From the human T2T-CHM13v2.0 reference genome, Homo sapiens, in NCBI RefSeq assembly GCF_009914755.1, contig NC_060940.1: a stretch of 64,000 nucleotides of DNA; one strand, given 5' to 3'. Positions 50,188-64,000 of this stretch are shown one piece after another (within the stretch, counting starts at the first letter, position 1; the number at the start of each line of letters is the position of its first letter). Position numbers and translations under genes: made by a program. The notes beneath the pieces were generated by a model that was not told where the DNA came from, made no database searches, and saw only the letters and a list, made by a program, of their open reading frames with translations.

Positions 50188-51354
50188 ACTTTATTCTCTT
50201 AATACTCAAATTGTTCCAGCTTTGCCCATTGGGAGCTCTTTCACTGGACTCCTGTATGCCTTCGACATACCCTTCTCATTGTGGATGTTTTGTTTTTCAT
50301 TTTGTTGTTATGTTTTTGAGCACTTCCTTACTTCTTGGCACTACAAGATGCTCCAAGTTTATCTTGTATATTTTTTGCCCCAGTCTTAGAATGAGTCATC
50401 TCTCCCAGGAACGCTGGTTCCTTTTGTTGGAGAATGGTATTTACTTGACAATAATATTAGAAACTGGATATGGGCTCTAGGAGTGCTTGTTGCCACTGGG
50501 GTGTCATTGCTCCTAGGCCCACTCAATTGACAGAGAAGGAAATACATGTATGTATTATGTATTTTAACTGAGGAAATGCACAGCTCATCTATAAATACTT
50601 CTATATGTAACCATATGCACCTATAGTAAGTTAAACATGAGTTCATACTAATACCTCAGCATATTTTTAATAATAGCAATACCCAAAGTCTAGCCCAGCT
50701 CAACTGAATTAGAAACAATTAAATTTGAATCTAGGCAGATGGAGGAAGGAGTAGAGACCAGGCTTTGGTAATTGTTTGAAAAATCGCCAGGTAATTGAAA
50801 TATGCCTCTAGCCTTGAGAATCACTGATGGAAACAAAACAGCACATGTGAAGCTGATGTGAGGTTTTCCTGGGAAATCACATATTAAAATTACTAATAAA
50901 TGAAAGAAATAGTTTTTATTATACTGTTTCCTAACATCTCACACTTTTATATCCTCAGAGTTTTCCTAAATTTTTCCCTTTGATCCATTATTCATTTATC
51001 AAGTCCAGCTGCAGAAACACTGATTTATTGTAAATGAGGAGAAATGGAGTCATCCTAATCTTGAAAAGAAGCAAAGTGAAAGAAAAAGTATACATGTATG
51101 AAACTCCTGCACCAGGAATATGAAGCAATATGCTTATCATAAGTCTCAGAGACTACAATCAAAACACAAATAGGTAGTAGAGCACTTTTGACGTGCAAAA
51201 TACTATTCTTTATACCTATATTAGGACACTGTCATAATAGCAATATTCACTATTAAAAATAGCATTAGATTGAGAATAAACCACGTGATATTATATATAT
51301 GCATATATACATATATGTGTGTGTGTGTGTACATATATATATACACACACACAT

Positions 51355-52420
51355 ATCAGGTCTTTGTTCCTGATTACTGGCATAGAGTTTCAAAAATCCT
51401 TGCATTTTCTTAGATGACAGAAATGTCATGGTTATGTGATATGCTTTGGCTGTGTCCCCACCCAAATCTCAAATTGTAGCTCCCATAATTCCCATGTATC
51501 ATCAGAGGGATGAAGTGGGAGGTAATTGAACCATGGGGGCGGGCCTTTCCCATGCTGTTCTCATGATAGTGAATAAGTCCCATGAGAGCTGATGGTTTTA
51601 TAAAGGGGAGTTTCCCTGCACTTGCTCTCTTGCCTGCCACCATGTAAAACATGACTTTGCTCCTTCTTTGCCTTCCCCCATGACTGTGAGGCCTCCCCAG
51701 CCATGTGGAACTGTGAGTCAGTTCCATAAATTACCCAGTCTCAGGTATGTCTTTATTAGCAGCGTGAGAACAGACTAATACGTTATGATAATAAAGCAAT
51801 TTATGGAGGGCCTCTAGAAAGCTTCAGGATGGGAGCTGGTTACCAGAAAAACCAACCATGTGATTAGAGGTCTGGAACTTTTAGCCACCAGACCTCTGAG
51901 GAGAGGAAGGAGCCTGCAGCTCTAATTCAATCAGGTGGTCAGTGATGTAGTCAATCATGCCTATGTAAAGAGATCTCAATAAAAACTCTGAACACTGTGG
52001 CTCAAAGGGGCTCCCTGATTGGTGAACATATTGCTATATCAGGAAGTAGACACACTCTGACTTCACAGAGACAGAAGTTTCAGCACTCAGGACTCTTCCA
52101 AATCTTGCCACCCTATATATCTCTTCATCTGACTGTTTATTTGGGTCCTTTATATTAAAATGATAATCATAACTATGTCACTTTCCTGAATTCTGGGAGC
52201 CATTCTAGCAAGTGATCGAATGTGAGTGGGTTGTGGGAAGCCCTAAAAGTGTGGTCAGCTGAGCAGAAGGTCAGGTAGTCTGGAGACACCATGTGTGGTT
52301 GGTATGTGAACTAAGTGTAGTCTCGTTGCAGACCCTAACCTTTAACTTGTGGGATCTGATGCTAACTTTGGGTAGTTACAATTGTATTGAATTGAACTGT
52401 AGGATATCAAGTTGGTGTCA
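51355..52420. mobile_element. MER21-like LTR with nested THE1
   Basis: gcttcaggatgggagctggttaccagaaaaaccaaccatgtgattagagg. Confidence 0.7.
51437..51782 (+). mobile_element. THE1 solo LTR
   Basis: tgatatgctttggctgtgtcccc ... cagactaatacg; TSD ttatg. Confidence 0.9.
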
Positions 52421-52559
52421 TAGAGTTGATTGCAGAATGCAAACTCAAACAAAGGAACCTTGCGAAGTTGTTGGCATAATCACACAGGGAGTTATTTTAA
52501 GTGAATTTCACACAAAATATTCTGACTTGTATTCCAAGTGGCATAATCTTAAAAACAAA

Positions 52560-53550
52560 AAGAACTTAAACTGTTTCCAGTAGTCTTAGCATTAATAATA
52601 CTATTGTCATTTTTTATTTTGAATTATGCATACACATGCATAAATATAAAATGTATGAAATATGTATGTGAATGTTATTTTGTGTCTAGATTAGCAGCAT
52701 GAGAAAATAGATGCAAATGTAAAAATCCCAACAGGTAAGTTACAATAATAATTTTTATTTAAATTGAGAATATCAGTATGAACTCGATTTATTTTTTCTT
52801 CCAAAAAAAATACACATTTCTTAGTGCTGAATACTAAAAAGGCATTTTCAGTCCATTAGCAGTTAGCACCCTAGGCCCAGACTGTGGTCTCTACATACCA
52901 TTGTCCATAAGAAGAAAGTAGGGCCACCTGAGGAAATGGTTGACTGTAGAACTAAGATACGAAATAAAAAATAAGAGCTTGAGACATTCTCTCTCTCTGT
53001 CTCTGTCTCTCTGTTTGTTTGTGTGCATGTGAGCCTGAAAGCAAAGAAGCTATCAAAATAAATGTTTGCATCAAAATGACACAAAGGTTAGCCTGAAGGG
53101 ACTTCCATTGGCCAAAAATAAGACAATCTGAGCATTAAAAAAATGATCACAAAGGATTGAGCACAACAACTACATAAAATTCATGAGTTCTTAATTATAA
53201 CAAACCTAAAAAGCAACTGGACCCTTTGGCAGTTGGTAAGGCACCAACTCATTATTCTAAATTGATAATTAAAAGAATAGAAATTAAGCATCTCTTCTGC
53301 TTTTTGTGAATCGATGATATTCTAGAGTCAACAAATAGGGTTTTTCCCCCCACAGGAGAATTACAGTTAACAATTAAAAAAAATTATTTAACGTGAAAAT
53401 CACTATTATTCAACCACAAAAACAATTCAGCAAGAATAGATAAACAAAGATTGGCAAATATTAATGATTGTTGAAGCGAGGTGATTATATAGTCACCCTA
53501 TTTTGTGTATGTTTGAAATTTTCTATAAAAATATACTAAAAATTAAATAT
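52560..53550 (+). mobile_element. Old L1MC-like 3' fragment
   Basis: gagaatatcagtatgaactc; cctaggcccagactgtggtctcta; gtgtatgtttgaaattttcta. Confidence 0.55.
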
Positions 53551-56067
53551 AACAGTTATTCAGAGATCCATCCAAATAACCCTTACTGAGCCCTGTCTCT
53601 GTGCCTCGTCTTGTGCTAGAATTAGAAATTCAAATGTGAGCAACCTGTGGATTCTAACCTCAAGAGACTTAGGTTGGTGTACAGGAGTCCAAGATATGAA
53701 GAGATCATTAGTATACAGGGGCACAGCAATGACAGTTCCCACAGCGAGGACTTCAGCAAGCTACGCATTCCTTCTGATGTTCCACTTACGGTTGTCTTTC
53801 CTACTCTCAAAGAATTTGAGCTATGAGCCTCTTGCCAGTCTTGCAAATACTTTCTGAAATCCAAAGATAGTCAACCCTTAGAGACCAGGTATGGGCCAAT
53901 GCAGAGAGTGGTGGGCAAGCCAAGATTCTCCAAAGAGATTCATCACAGCTATTGGACTGTCACTCAGAGAAGGAGCAGCTTCTACAAAGGACATTTGGTA
54001 AACATCAAGCCATAATGGCAGCCAGTGGCTAGATATACTGGGCTGTTACTTGACTGTTAGGTAGATTGGCTAAGCCATCAGCAACATTTCACAACTGATC
54101 AAATTGAAAAGTGATTCACTGTGAGGTAGCCAAGTGAAAGGCTCTGACACACTCTACGGTGGAAAACACATTCATCATTGCATTTAGTATATTCATTAAT
54201 AGAAGCTACCATTTCCTACACACCTAGGATATGCCATGCTTTGCACTGTGTGCTTTCATTTGTGATGTCATATAGTGCTCATAATAAATTTGCAAGCATT
54301 TTAACCCCAATTTTACGGACAAGGAAACTGAAGCTCTGAGAAGTGAAATAACTTGTCCAAAGTGAAATGCCATTTAGGAATTTTTTTAATTGATCAAAAA
54401 AATATTTAAAACAAGGTGCAGGTCAAACAAAGCACACATCTGTAGGCTAGTTCAGCCCCGTAGTTTCCAGTTTAAGACCTCTGCTCTACTTCATGCTACT
54501 GTCAAATGTACCTCTTACTTAAGCCCTTTTCTGATTCCTCACCTAAAAAGTTAAGAGCTCTAGAATCCTGTGTTCAAGAGCATGGAACACAGGCCAGCTG
54601 TATTCCATTCTTCACATGATATGGAATGGCCAACTTATTCTAGAAAATTTACATTTCTTTGGAAAGTACTATATACATCAGACACACATATTCATAAAAT
54701 TTTTGTATATAGCTATCTGCAAATATATGTACAAGTTGAGAACTTTTATAAGGTCAATAAATGCAATTGTAATGCCAGTCTTTTTTTTATTTTTCAAACA
54801 CAACCAAAAGTTGGAAGAGTTTTTATTAATTGTTCTTTTAAATAACCTTCTAAAAATATAAGTCAAGCAGACATTATTAAAAAATCAAACAGTATAAGAG
54901 AGTATACTATATGCAATATTAGAAATACAAATAATAGCTAATAATTATTATTAAGCACAAATTATATTCCCGGGACTGTTCTGAGCACTTTTCATGCATG
55001 AATTCATTCACTTCTCACTACATCCCTATAGGTAGATTCTATTATTACTACCTTTTAACATATGAAGTGGGAAACTTTAAGTAACTTCCCCAAGTTCACA
55101 TAGCTGAAATGAGTATCCTTCTTACTTCCAAAAATGCACCCAAGTCTACCAATTTCTGTTCCTATAACAAGCAGTGTAACCAATTTCTTGTGACTTTTCC
55201 AGAAATTTTCAATGTATAGCCAAGCATTATTCTAGATGACAAGAATAAATATATGGGAAAGTATAGAAAATAATGTAAACAACACCTATATACTCACCAT
55301 CTACAATGAATAAAGGTGAATGTTCAATTACATTTGAGTCATATTGTATTTAACTTTTTTAAAAATCACTCAATGGTGTTAAAAAAAATCTCCCTTTTAA
55401 CTTCTTCCCAATCCTATCAACCCTTTCCAGACAACTGTTATCTTTATCAGGTGAGCATTTTCTAAGCTTTGTTTTTATTCTGGATATCACTAAATCCCTG
55501 TGTAATATCTATAAACAAAGCATATATTGTTTTGTGTATTTTATCTACCTAATGGTATCTTTCCGCAACATCCATTTTTCCATGACATTATCTTTGAAGA
55601 TCTATTCATGTTTATACATACTGATCTCACCATTTATCATCACTGCTATACCGTGTTCTATAAAAATCATGTTTTATTTATTCATATCCTTACTTTGATG
55701 TGATATGTCAATACAGTTTAAAATTTTTTAAGGTAAAATTCACAGAACATAAAATTCACCATTTAAACCATTTTAAAGCATACAGTTTTAAAGAGGACTA
55801 ACTTTAAAACAAATTGAGCGCCTCTGACTTGAAATATAATAAGCACAGCTGGGCAGGTGGGGAGACACCAGTTCCCCTGATTTTCCTTTCCTTCAAAGTT
55901 ATCTTTTCAAACCCTCCAAACCCAAATATGTTGTAGCCACCTCAAATCATCTACTGCTTTATTTCTTCTGCTTTTCTCAAGTCAATAACTGCACACCCAC
56001 CTTTGCAAGGTCTAAGTGGATCTGTACGTCTGATTTGGCTTATCTGGACAGAGTGGAATAGCTCTCT

Positions 56068-56466
56068 TTCTTAGTCAGCTCAGGTTGCCATAACAAAATA
56101 CCATAAACCGAGAGGCTTAAACAACAGAAGTTGGGTTCTTACAGTTCTTAAGGATAAAAGTCTGAAATCAGGGAGCCAGTAGGGTTGGGTTCTAGTGAGG
56201 GCTCTCTCCCTGGCTTGCAGACTGCCACCTTCTCACTGCATGCTCACATTATGGAAAGAGAAACAGGGAGGTCTCTCGTCTCTCTTTTTCTTCTTATAAG
56301 GACATTAATTCTATCATATCAGAGCTCCACTCTTGGGACCTCGTTTAGCCTTAATTACTTCTACCAAGGCCCTATCTCCAAATACCATTACATTGGAGGT
56401 TAGAACTTCAACATAAAAATTTGGTTGGTAGGGGGTGGGGTGGCCACAAACTTTCAGCTCATAGTA
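56068..56466 (-). mobile_element. MLT1A-like MaLR LTR
   Basis: cttagtcagctcaggttgccataacaaaatacca ... ggccctatctccaaatac. Confidence 0.82.
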
Positions 56467-58197
56467 ATCTCTATAAATGTGAATTGTCACAGCTGAGCCT
56501 GACAGGTATACAAACCAGCTGGCATGGATACAAAGTATGAGAATGAGTTAAATGTCCATGCAATATGCAAATTATGCACCTGGACACAGATACAGATGCA
56601 GAGAAACCAAACTATCACTCCCTGTTTCAGGCTTAGGAAGCAAATCAAACATTTGCATCTGGGAAGGAAAACTCTGCTTCTCTGTTTGTGAAAACTGCCT
56701 CTCATAAATAAGAGATCAAACTAGAAGTGCACATCAAACCTGATGCAGCCTGAGCTGGGCCGGCCAGGAAAGAAATATGGTAAATTATAAATCCTTCAAG
56801 AGAAGAGTAAAGGCTGCACAACTCCCTTGAGGGAAACCATGACAATGAAGGAAGAACTTGCACTATTCAAGAGCCTGAGGAGTATGCTACCCAAAGGCTA
56901 TTCTGCCAACAGAGATGGATCATCCAATTAAGTTCAACCACCACTTTGACCAAAGAGATTTCCGAATCGACCGGTTATCTGACTAAGCCAGGGTTGGCTC
57001 CCTTTGTGCTCAACTGTAGCAGGCAACTACATGGGATAGACAGAGGAACAAAAATATTGGGGTCGGTGTAGACTTGAGTTCAAACACACTTGCATCACTG
57101 ACAAATTACCTAGAAAATACACCTTGGCAGTGAATTTGACACACATGAATCTAATTTCCAGATTTGCAAAATAGAAATAATAGTGTATTTGTCCTTGGGT
57201 CCATTGGAAAGAATATGTGTTGAGTGCTTACCATGTTCCAGCCATTGTGCTAAACTTATATAATCTTCACAAGAACCAAAAGAGGTGCTATTATATTCTG
57301 TGTATTATAGACAGGGAAACTAAGTCATGGAGAAGTTAAGTGTTTGGCACATCAAACCATACCAGCCATGAAATCCAATTAGCTTAAGGTCTTGTTTTCA
57401 AAACTCCCCTGAAGATAAAAATCACTTGGGGCACTTGATATCACTCCCCACTTCCCAGGCCCCTGCCCTGGGGATTCCAAAGCAGCGGATTGGGATAGTG
57501 CCTGGGAATTTGTATTTTCAATAAGCATCTCAAGTGATTCTAATACTCACAGAAGCTAGGAAAACTTGCACGTTCACTCCATTCAACAAGGGAAGGGACC
57601 TGTGGCAAATAGATGTCTATTCAAAGAGTACCACAGAATCTTACAGCAAGAAAGAATGGTAGATTCAGATTAATCCCATCCCTTCATTTTATTGATGGGA
57701 AAACTGAGTCCCAGCAAAGGGAAATGGCTTGCCCAAGGTCACACAACCTAGGCAAAGCAGGTTTGGGATTTGAAGCAACAGTTCCTGACTCCCAAGGCAT
57801 TTTATTCTATTTGTACACCATCAGGACCAGCAGGCATTGGTTCAAGTGAGGGGTATAGAGGTAGAAGCAATGAAGAACACTGGGAGGTTCCCAGGTGGAA
57901 TAAGTGTGGATGGTACAGCATGGTGACCACAGTTAATTACAGTGTATTACGTACTTGAAAATTGCTAAGGGCGTAGATTTGAGGTTTTCTCAGCACAAAG
58001 TAAGAATAACTATGTGAGGTAATGCATATGTGAATTAATTTGAGTTAGCCATATGTCTACGTATATCACATTATGTTGTTTGTCATAAAATGTACAATTT
58101 TTCTTTGGCAATTAAAACATTTAAAATAAGGGTGGGTGGGACACCTTCATGAATAGCCATAAGCAGCCTAGGAGGTAGCAAGAGAGACAGAAAAACA

Positions 58198-58577
58198 TGA
58201 TATGGTTTGGCTGTGTCCCCACCCAAATCTCATCTTGAATTGTAATCCCCATAACCTCCGTGTGTCGAGGGAGGAACCTGATGGGCGGTGATTGGATCAT
58301 GGGGCGGGGTGGGTTCCTCCATGCTGTTCTCGCGATAGTGAGTGAGTTCTCAAGAGATCTGATGGTTTTATAAGCATCTGGCATTTCCCGGCTTGCACTT
58401 CTCTCTCCTGCCACCATGCGAGAAGGTCCAAGCTTGCTTCCCCTTTGCCTTCTGCCATGATTTTAAGTTTCCTGAGGCCTCCCCACCTATGCAAAACTGA
58501 GTCAATTAAACCTCTTTCCTTTCAAATTACCCAGCCTCGGGTATTTCCTTACAGCAGTGTGAGAACAGACTAATACA
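58198..58577 (+). mobile_element. THE1D/MST-like solo LTR
   Basis: tgatatggtttggctgtgtccccacc ... cagactaataca. Confidence 0.9.
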
Positions 58578-59629
58578 AAAAGGAAAATAAAATAATTGCT
58601 TCTGATATGTTAAGAGCTGACTTTCTTGTATTCATTCATATTTATAATTTTTCTCTGTCTCTCTCTTCCTCCCTCACCCTTTCCTCAGCTTTTCTTTTTC
58701 ACCCTTTTCTTACTCTTTTGTTCTCTTTGTACCTTTTTCAGACATCTTCCCAGCAAAATACAAAGATACCTTTACTTTTTTTTGTCTGCAGAAAGCTTGA
58801 ATTTTTTACTCAATGACTGAAAAGGGCCAGACTTTTCTTTTCCTCGATGACATCTAGTTTCAAAAAAAAATCTTCACCTTCCCAGCAGTGGCTCCTCTCA
58901 CTCTTCACTTAGTCCAAACTCATTTTCTTAATCTTCCCCCAGAAAATATTTAAGGGCAGCCAGGCCATAGTTGGAGCAAATCTGTTTGCAAGACTTGCAA
59001 AACCCTATTTCTCATATGTCTAACAGACCTTATATCTCAAACACAGCCATGCAGTCGTATTCCTCCTCGAGAGTTTCTTTGTTCTAGGGCATTTCTTGGA
59101 ATCAACAAGTGAAGTATGTTGGGGAAGGCTCAAATTGAAGTAAAATGTCTTAGATCGGCTTGGACCTATTCATGACACATGGGGAAAATCATTTCTGGCC
59201 TTTGGAAAGATAATCCAAAAAAAAACAATGGATCCTACAAGCCTGAGTGAGGAGCAGTCAGCCATTCCCACCAGGTACGTCGCAACATTTCAGCGGCACA
59301 GGACGGAGCCAGAGTCTCCCTCAGGAAGCCACTATCCTGCTGATTTTTATGGCAAATTTCTAGTCAACCAGCACTCCACAGGGATTCCTCTCGGATGCCC
59401 TGGACTGAAGGTCTCCCACCTCCACCCAGATTGTGGTCTCAATTCCCACTGAGGTAGTCCAGTCTGAAGATGACAGTGATAGGACAAGAGAGGAAATGAT
59501 CTTTTACTTTACTTCCACACAGTACAGGCTTCTGCAAATACTTGTTAATTCCTGGTTAACTTAATCAGACCAAAGGCAGATTAAGATTCTCCTTTCCATG
59601 GGAGGAAGGCAGAAAAGTTACTAAGCTCA

Positions 59630-60195
59630 AGTGATGGTTAATATTAAATGTCAACTTGATTGGATTGAAGGATGCAAAGTATTGTTTCTGGGTGTATCTG
59701 GGGGTTGTCAGAAGAGATTCACATTTGAGTCAGTTGACCCAGGAGAAGAAGACCCACCCTCAGGAAAACCCGCCCACAATGTGGGTGGGCACCATCCATT
59801 TGGCTGCAAGTGCGGCTAGAAAAAGCCGGCAGAAGAAGGTGGAAGAAGCTGACTTGCCGAGTATTCTGGCCTTCATCTTTATCCCATGCTGGATGCTTCC
59901 TGCCCTGGAACATCAGACTCGGAGTTCTTCAGCTTTTGGACTATTAGACCAGTGGTTTGCCAGGGGCTCTCAAGCCTTTGGCCACAGACTGAAGGCTGCA
60001 CTTTTGGCTTTCCTACTTTTGACGTCTTAGGACTCACACTGAGCCACTACTGGCTTCCTTGGTCCTCAACTTGCAGACGGCCTATCGTTGGACTTCACCT
60101 TGTGATGGTGTGACTCAATTCTTCTTAATAAACTCCCTTTCATATATGCTTATAGCCTATTAGTTCTGTCCCTTTAGAGAACCCTGACTAATGCA
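59630..60195 (+). mobile_element. MLT2A-type (HERV-L) solo LTR
   Basis: gtgatggttaatattaaatgtcaacttgattggattgaaggatgcaaagtattg ... gagaaccctgactaatgca; TSD gctca. Confidence 0.88.
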
Positions 60196-62014
60196 GCTCA
60201 GTATGGGTATTGCTTAGGTTCAAATCTTGACTCTGTCATTTATCAGCTGTGTGGTCTGGAGGAAGTTACTCAACCTCACTGAGCCAAAACTTCTTCATCT
60301 GTAAAGATGGGAATGATGTTAACAAGAACGATTTCAGAGGGATGCTGGGAGGATTAAATGAGGTGACATGTATATTATAAATATTACACAGGGAAAACAC
60401 TTAGAAATAGCTAGAATGTAATATTCTGGTTTTATCTATTATTATTGATATGTATGATTTGACTGAAGTATGAAAATCTGTTCCATTACTTTGCAGTCAG
60501 GAAAAGAATTCAGAAATTCAAATTATGGACGATGAGTAGCAAAGATTCTTAACAGTCATTTGCCAACATCAAAGCCATGGCCGTAAAATGCAGCCTAATT
60601 AAGTTAGCAAAGGCATAACCCAAATATTTCTAATGCTATTTCAATATGACTTTGAGTTCCAAGTTTTAATATATAGTGGCAGATTTACCCTCCTCATACA
60701 AGTTGACTGTAGTTAATATAAAAATAAGTTTTTATTCCCAAGAATACTTGAGTGGCTTATGCGTGTGCTGTGTTTCAGAGGAATGTCAACCCAGGATAGA
60801 CCCTTACTTGTAATAGACCAAAAAAATGGATATGTGACATTTATCCGACCACCAATTATTTAAGTAACAGAGTCACACTAACCTAGGTTAGAGTTCTGTT
60901 TCTGTTTTTTGCTACTTAGCAGGCAATTTTGGGCAATTACCTAAACTTTTTGAGCCCTGACCTCCTTCTCGAAAGTGAAGATGATGACAATGATAATATC
61001 TTTCACAGTTTTGTGGGAGATTAACTAAGAGGAATGCAAGCATTCAAAAAATAGCCTCTTTTTTTTTTTTTTTTTTTTTTTTTGCCTTTTCCTGTAACTG
61101 CTCTCCTTCTGAAGACTCTCTGGAACCTTTCACATTCTGCTTCTTTGTGAGACTCACAGGGGCAGGGATCATGTTTTTTGTTTTTTTATTTGTTTGTTTT
61201 TTGTTTTTTCCATCATTGGATCCTCAGTGCCTGGTGCATAATAGGTGCTCAATAGGCATATAATAGGTGCTCAACAAATATTTGTAGAATGGCTGACAGA
61301 CTAAATAAGCGCCAGCATCCCGAAGAGCTTGAGGAGCTCTGGGTCTTGTTTGCACCTGCCCCATTTCACCTTTCTGCTGACTCCATTTCCTTCCCTTCCT
61401 GAAGTTATAGCCATTTGAACAATATCCTCACAGTGGATATTTTTGGCTGAAGATGCTGGGTATTGTATTCTTTCCCTCTCTCCATCTGTCTTTATTCTTG
61501 TGCTACTAATAGCTTTGTGGGGTTTTGTTCCTCTAGGATGAATGGCAGCTCTTGGCTGAAAACATCTGAAGTGACCCTTGTGACACAAAGTTATTTTAAA
61601 CCTGTAATATCTCATCTAGTTAGCAGTCAAAGATGAGATCCACAGGCCCTCCCAGAAACATATAATAGGCTGGTTGTTTGAGGGGCACTAAGAAACAAGC
61701 CTTCTCTTCCATTCCGAAGTGTGTCAGACAAGGTCAAAGAGAGAGGGCCATGTGTCCAGGTGCAGCTCCAGTCACAGCAGCATTGGGTACCCACCTCCGT
61801 GGACCCAAAGACTGAGGCAAAATTGAAAAGAAATAATTTTTTTTAAAAAAAAACAACTATCCTATTCCACCTTGCCTTAATACCTTCAGCCTTCACTGGT
61901 CTCACAAACATCTAGGGCTCCCCCACATTCAAATCTCATTTCTCTACCCTGTATCTCACTCCCAAAGTGCCCCAGCTTTCATTTTTTTAATCTGATTTTT
62001 AAAAATCACATTTA

Positions 62015-62321
<307 letters not shown>

Positions 62322-62692
62322 TTAAAATCACATTTATTTGTTGGTTAATGAACTAATGTTCTAACTACCTTGAAAAACAAATGGCTCTTTCTTCTATAGT
62401 TCTCAATGGTGTTCCACTAAATGTGTTTATTATTTCTCACCATTCAGTACGCAGCAAGCAGCACAGTGCTAGGCATATAGGAAGCTCTTAATAAAGATCT
62501 TCTGAAAGAAGGAAAATTCTATGAACAAAGGACTTAACTTAGTTTGGATGATGAGTAACAGAAGCCCCAACTATCAATGGTTTAAACTAAAGAGTTTCAT
62601 TTCTCTCTCACGTAAAGGTTTAGAGGTTGGCGGTTCAGGGATAATATGATTGTTCTGCTTCATAAAAAAACAGAGCTAATAAAGAAATTATG

Positions 62693-63031
<339 letters not shown>

Positions 63032-63202
63032 CTATGGAGGGGCCAGTACTTTCAGAGTTATAAGAACTATATAATTATTTATTATAGTAAGCAAAGTGCA
63101 GGCCCTTTAATCACATATAATCAAATCCAGGCTCCAGAACTTAAAATATACACAAACTTGGGCAGTGACTTAACATCTCTGTGCCAGTTGTCTCAGCTGT
63201 AC

Positions 63203-63347
63203 AAAGAAGAAAAAGGAGGAGGAAGAGAGAGAAGGGGGAGAAAAAGGAAGAGGAAGAAGAGGAAGAGGGGAACAGGAAGAGGAAGAAGAGGAGGGGGAGG
63301 AGAAAAACGAGGGGGAGGAAGGAGAAGGAGGAAGAGGAAAAGGAGAG
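63203..63347 (+). repeat. ~145-bp polypurine (GA-rich) tract
   Basis: Almost only A/G on the + strand. Confidence 0.92.
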
Positions 63348-64000
63348 CTCATAAAAACAATAGAGGAAAGAAAAGGCTCATGTTCCACAGCTTCCCAGGG
63401 AAACTATGATCTCCCTGGTCATCTCTCTGACTTGTCTTCTCCATTTCACCACATCCTTTCTCTCCCACCACTGCTTCTTTTCTATCATGGTTCCAAATTC
63501 CTAGCAAAGGGTGAATCAATACCTCTGGAACTGGGAAAACCAATGAAATAACAGAAATACAACCATTTGGGGAAAAGTTCTCCCAAATCTTTCCATTACT
63601 TTTACAAAAACATACTAAGGTTCCATTGAGTTTACGTGCTGAGCACAAGACTTGGCATATATTAATGGTGACCAATATGTTTTAGCTTTCTTCTCTTTTA
63701 TTCCTCAAAATTCGTGGTGTTGATTAGATTTATTTTTTCTAAAGCTCTGTTAGTTATAGCTTCAGATTTAAATCCAGTATAATCCCAAATCCACTCATTG
63801 ATTCTCAAGAGTCCAGCTCTTGATCTTCTATAATACTTTAAATGAATAAGGGATGTTTCTAATTCCTGTTGCATTTAGCAGGGAAGAGTTATTTTAATAT
63901 CATGTTTTAACTTTAGATCTCTGGAGTGGGCAGTTCACTGGGAGCCCATGGATCAGGATACTTGAAATAATAACATTTTTAGCTCCCTGTGCCCTTGGTT

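Larger units (their letters stand above)
48340..50660 (-). mobile_element. Old L1M (MC/MD-like) 3' UTR hosting the THE1 composite and an AluJ
   Basis: ttttggatttacagaaaaattgtgcagatagg...; sequence resumes across the inserts. Confidence 0.65.

Overview
Primate (human-like) non-coding genomic DNA, intergenic or deep-intronic. I find no credible protein-coding gene, tRNA, functional rRNA or CRISPR array; the longer ORFs I examined map onto Alu, LTR, L1 or microsatellite sequence. The window holds about 30 Alus, about 20 solo LTRs (MER4, MER41, LTR8, MER21, THE1/MST, MLT1, MLT2 types), L1/L2/MIR fragments and hAT DNA-transposon relics. Repeat family names come from my recall of consensus sequences and need RepeatMasker/Dfam confirmation. 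Most notable: (1) 3172-5975, a composite tandem array in which a ~200-bp LTR promoter core (two TGCGCAT NRF1-like cores plus a TATA-like box) fused to the 5' end of an Alu is repeated five times, is CpG-retaining, and has lost the LTR 3' end; this is my best candidate for an undescribed regulatory or ncRNA unit. (2) An inverted copy of a THE1 LTR plus 144 bp of its flank pasted into another THE1 about 16 kb away (33027-33544 vs 48754-49268), a readable DNA-repair fossil. (3) An old ~180-bp mitochondrial 16S rRNA NUMT (22835-23015) nested in a 5'-inverted L1. (4) Two local fold-back inverted duplications (15151-15422 and 31646-31816).
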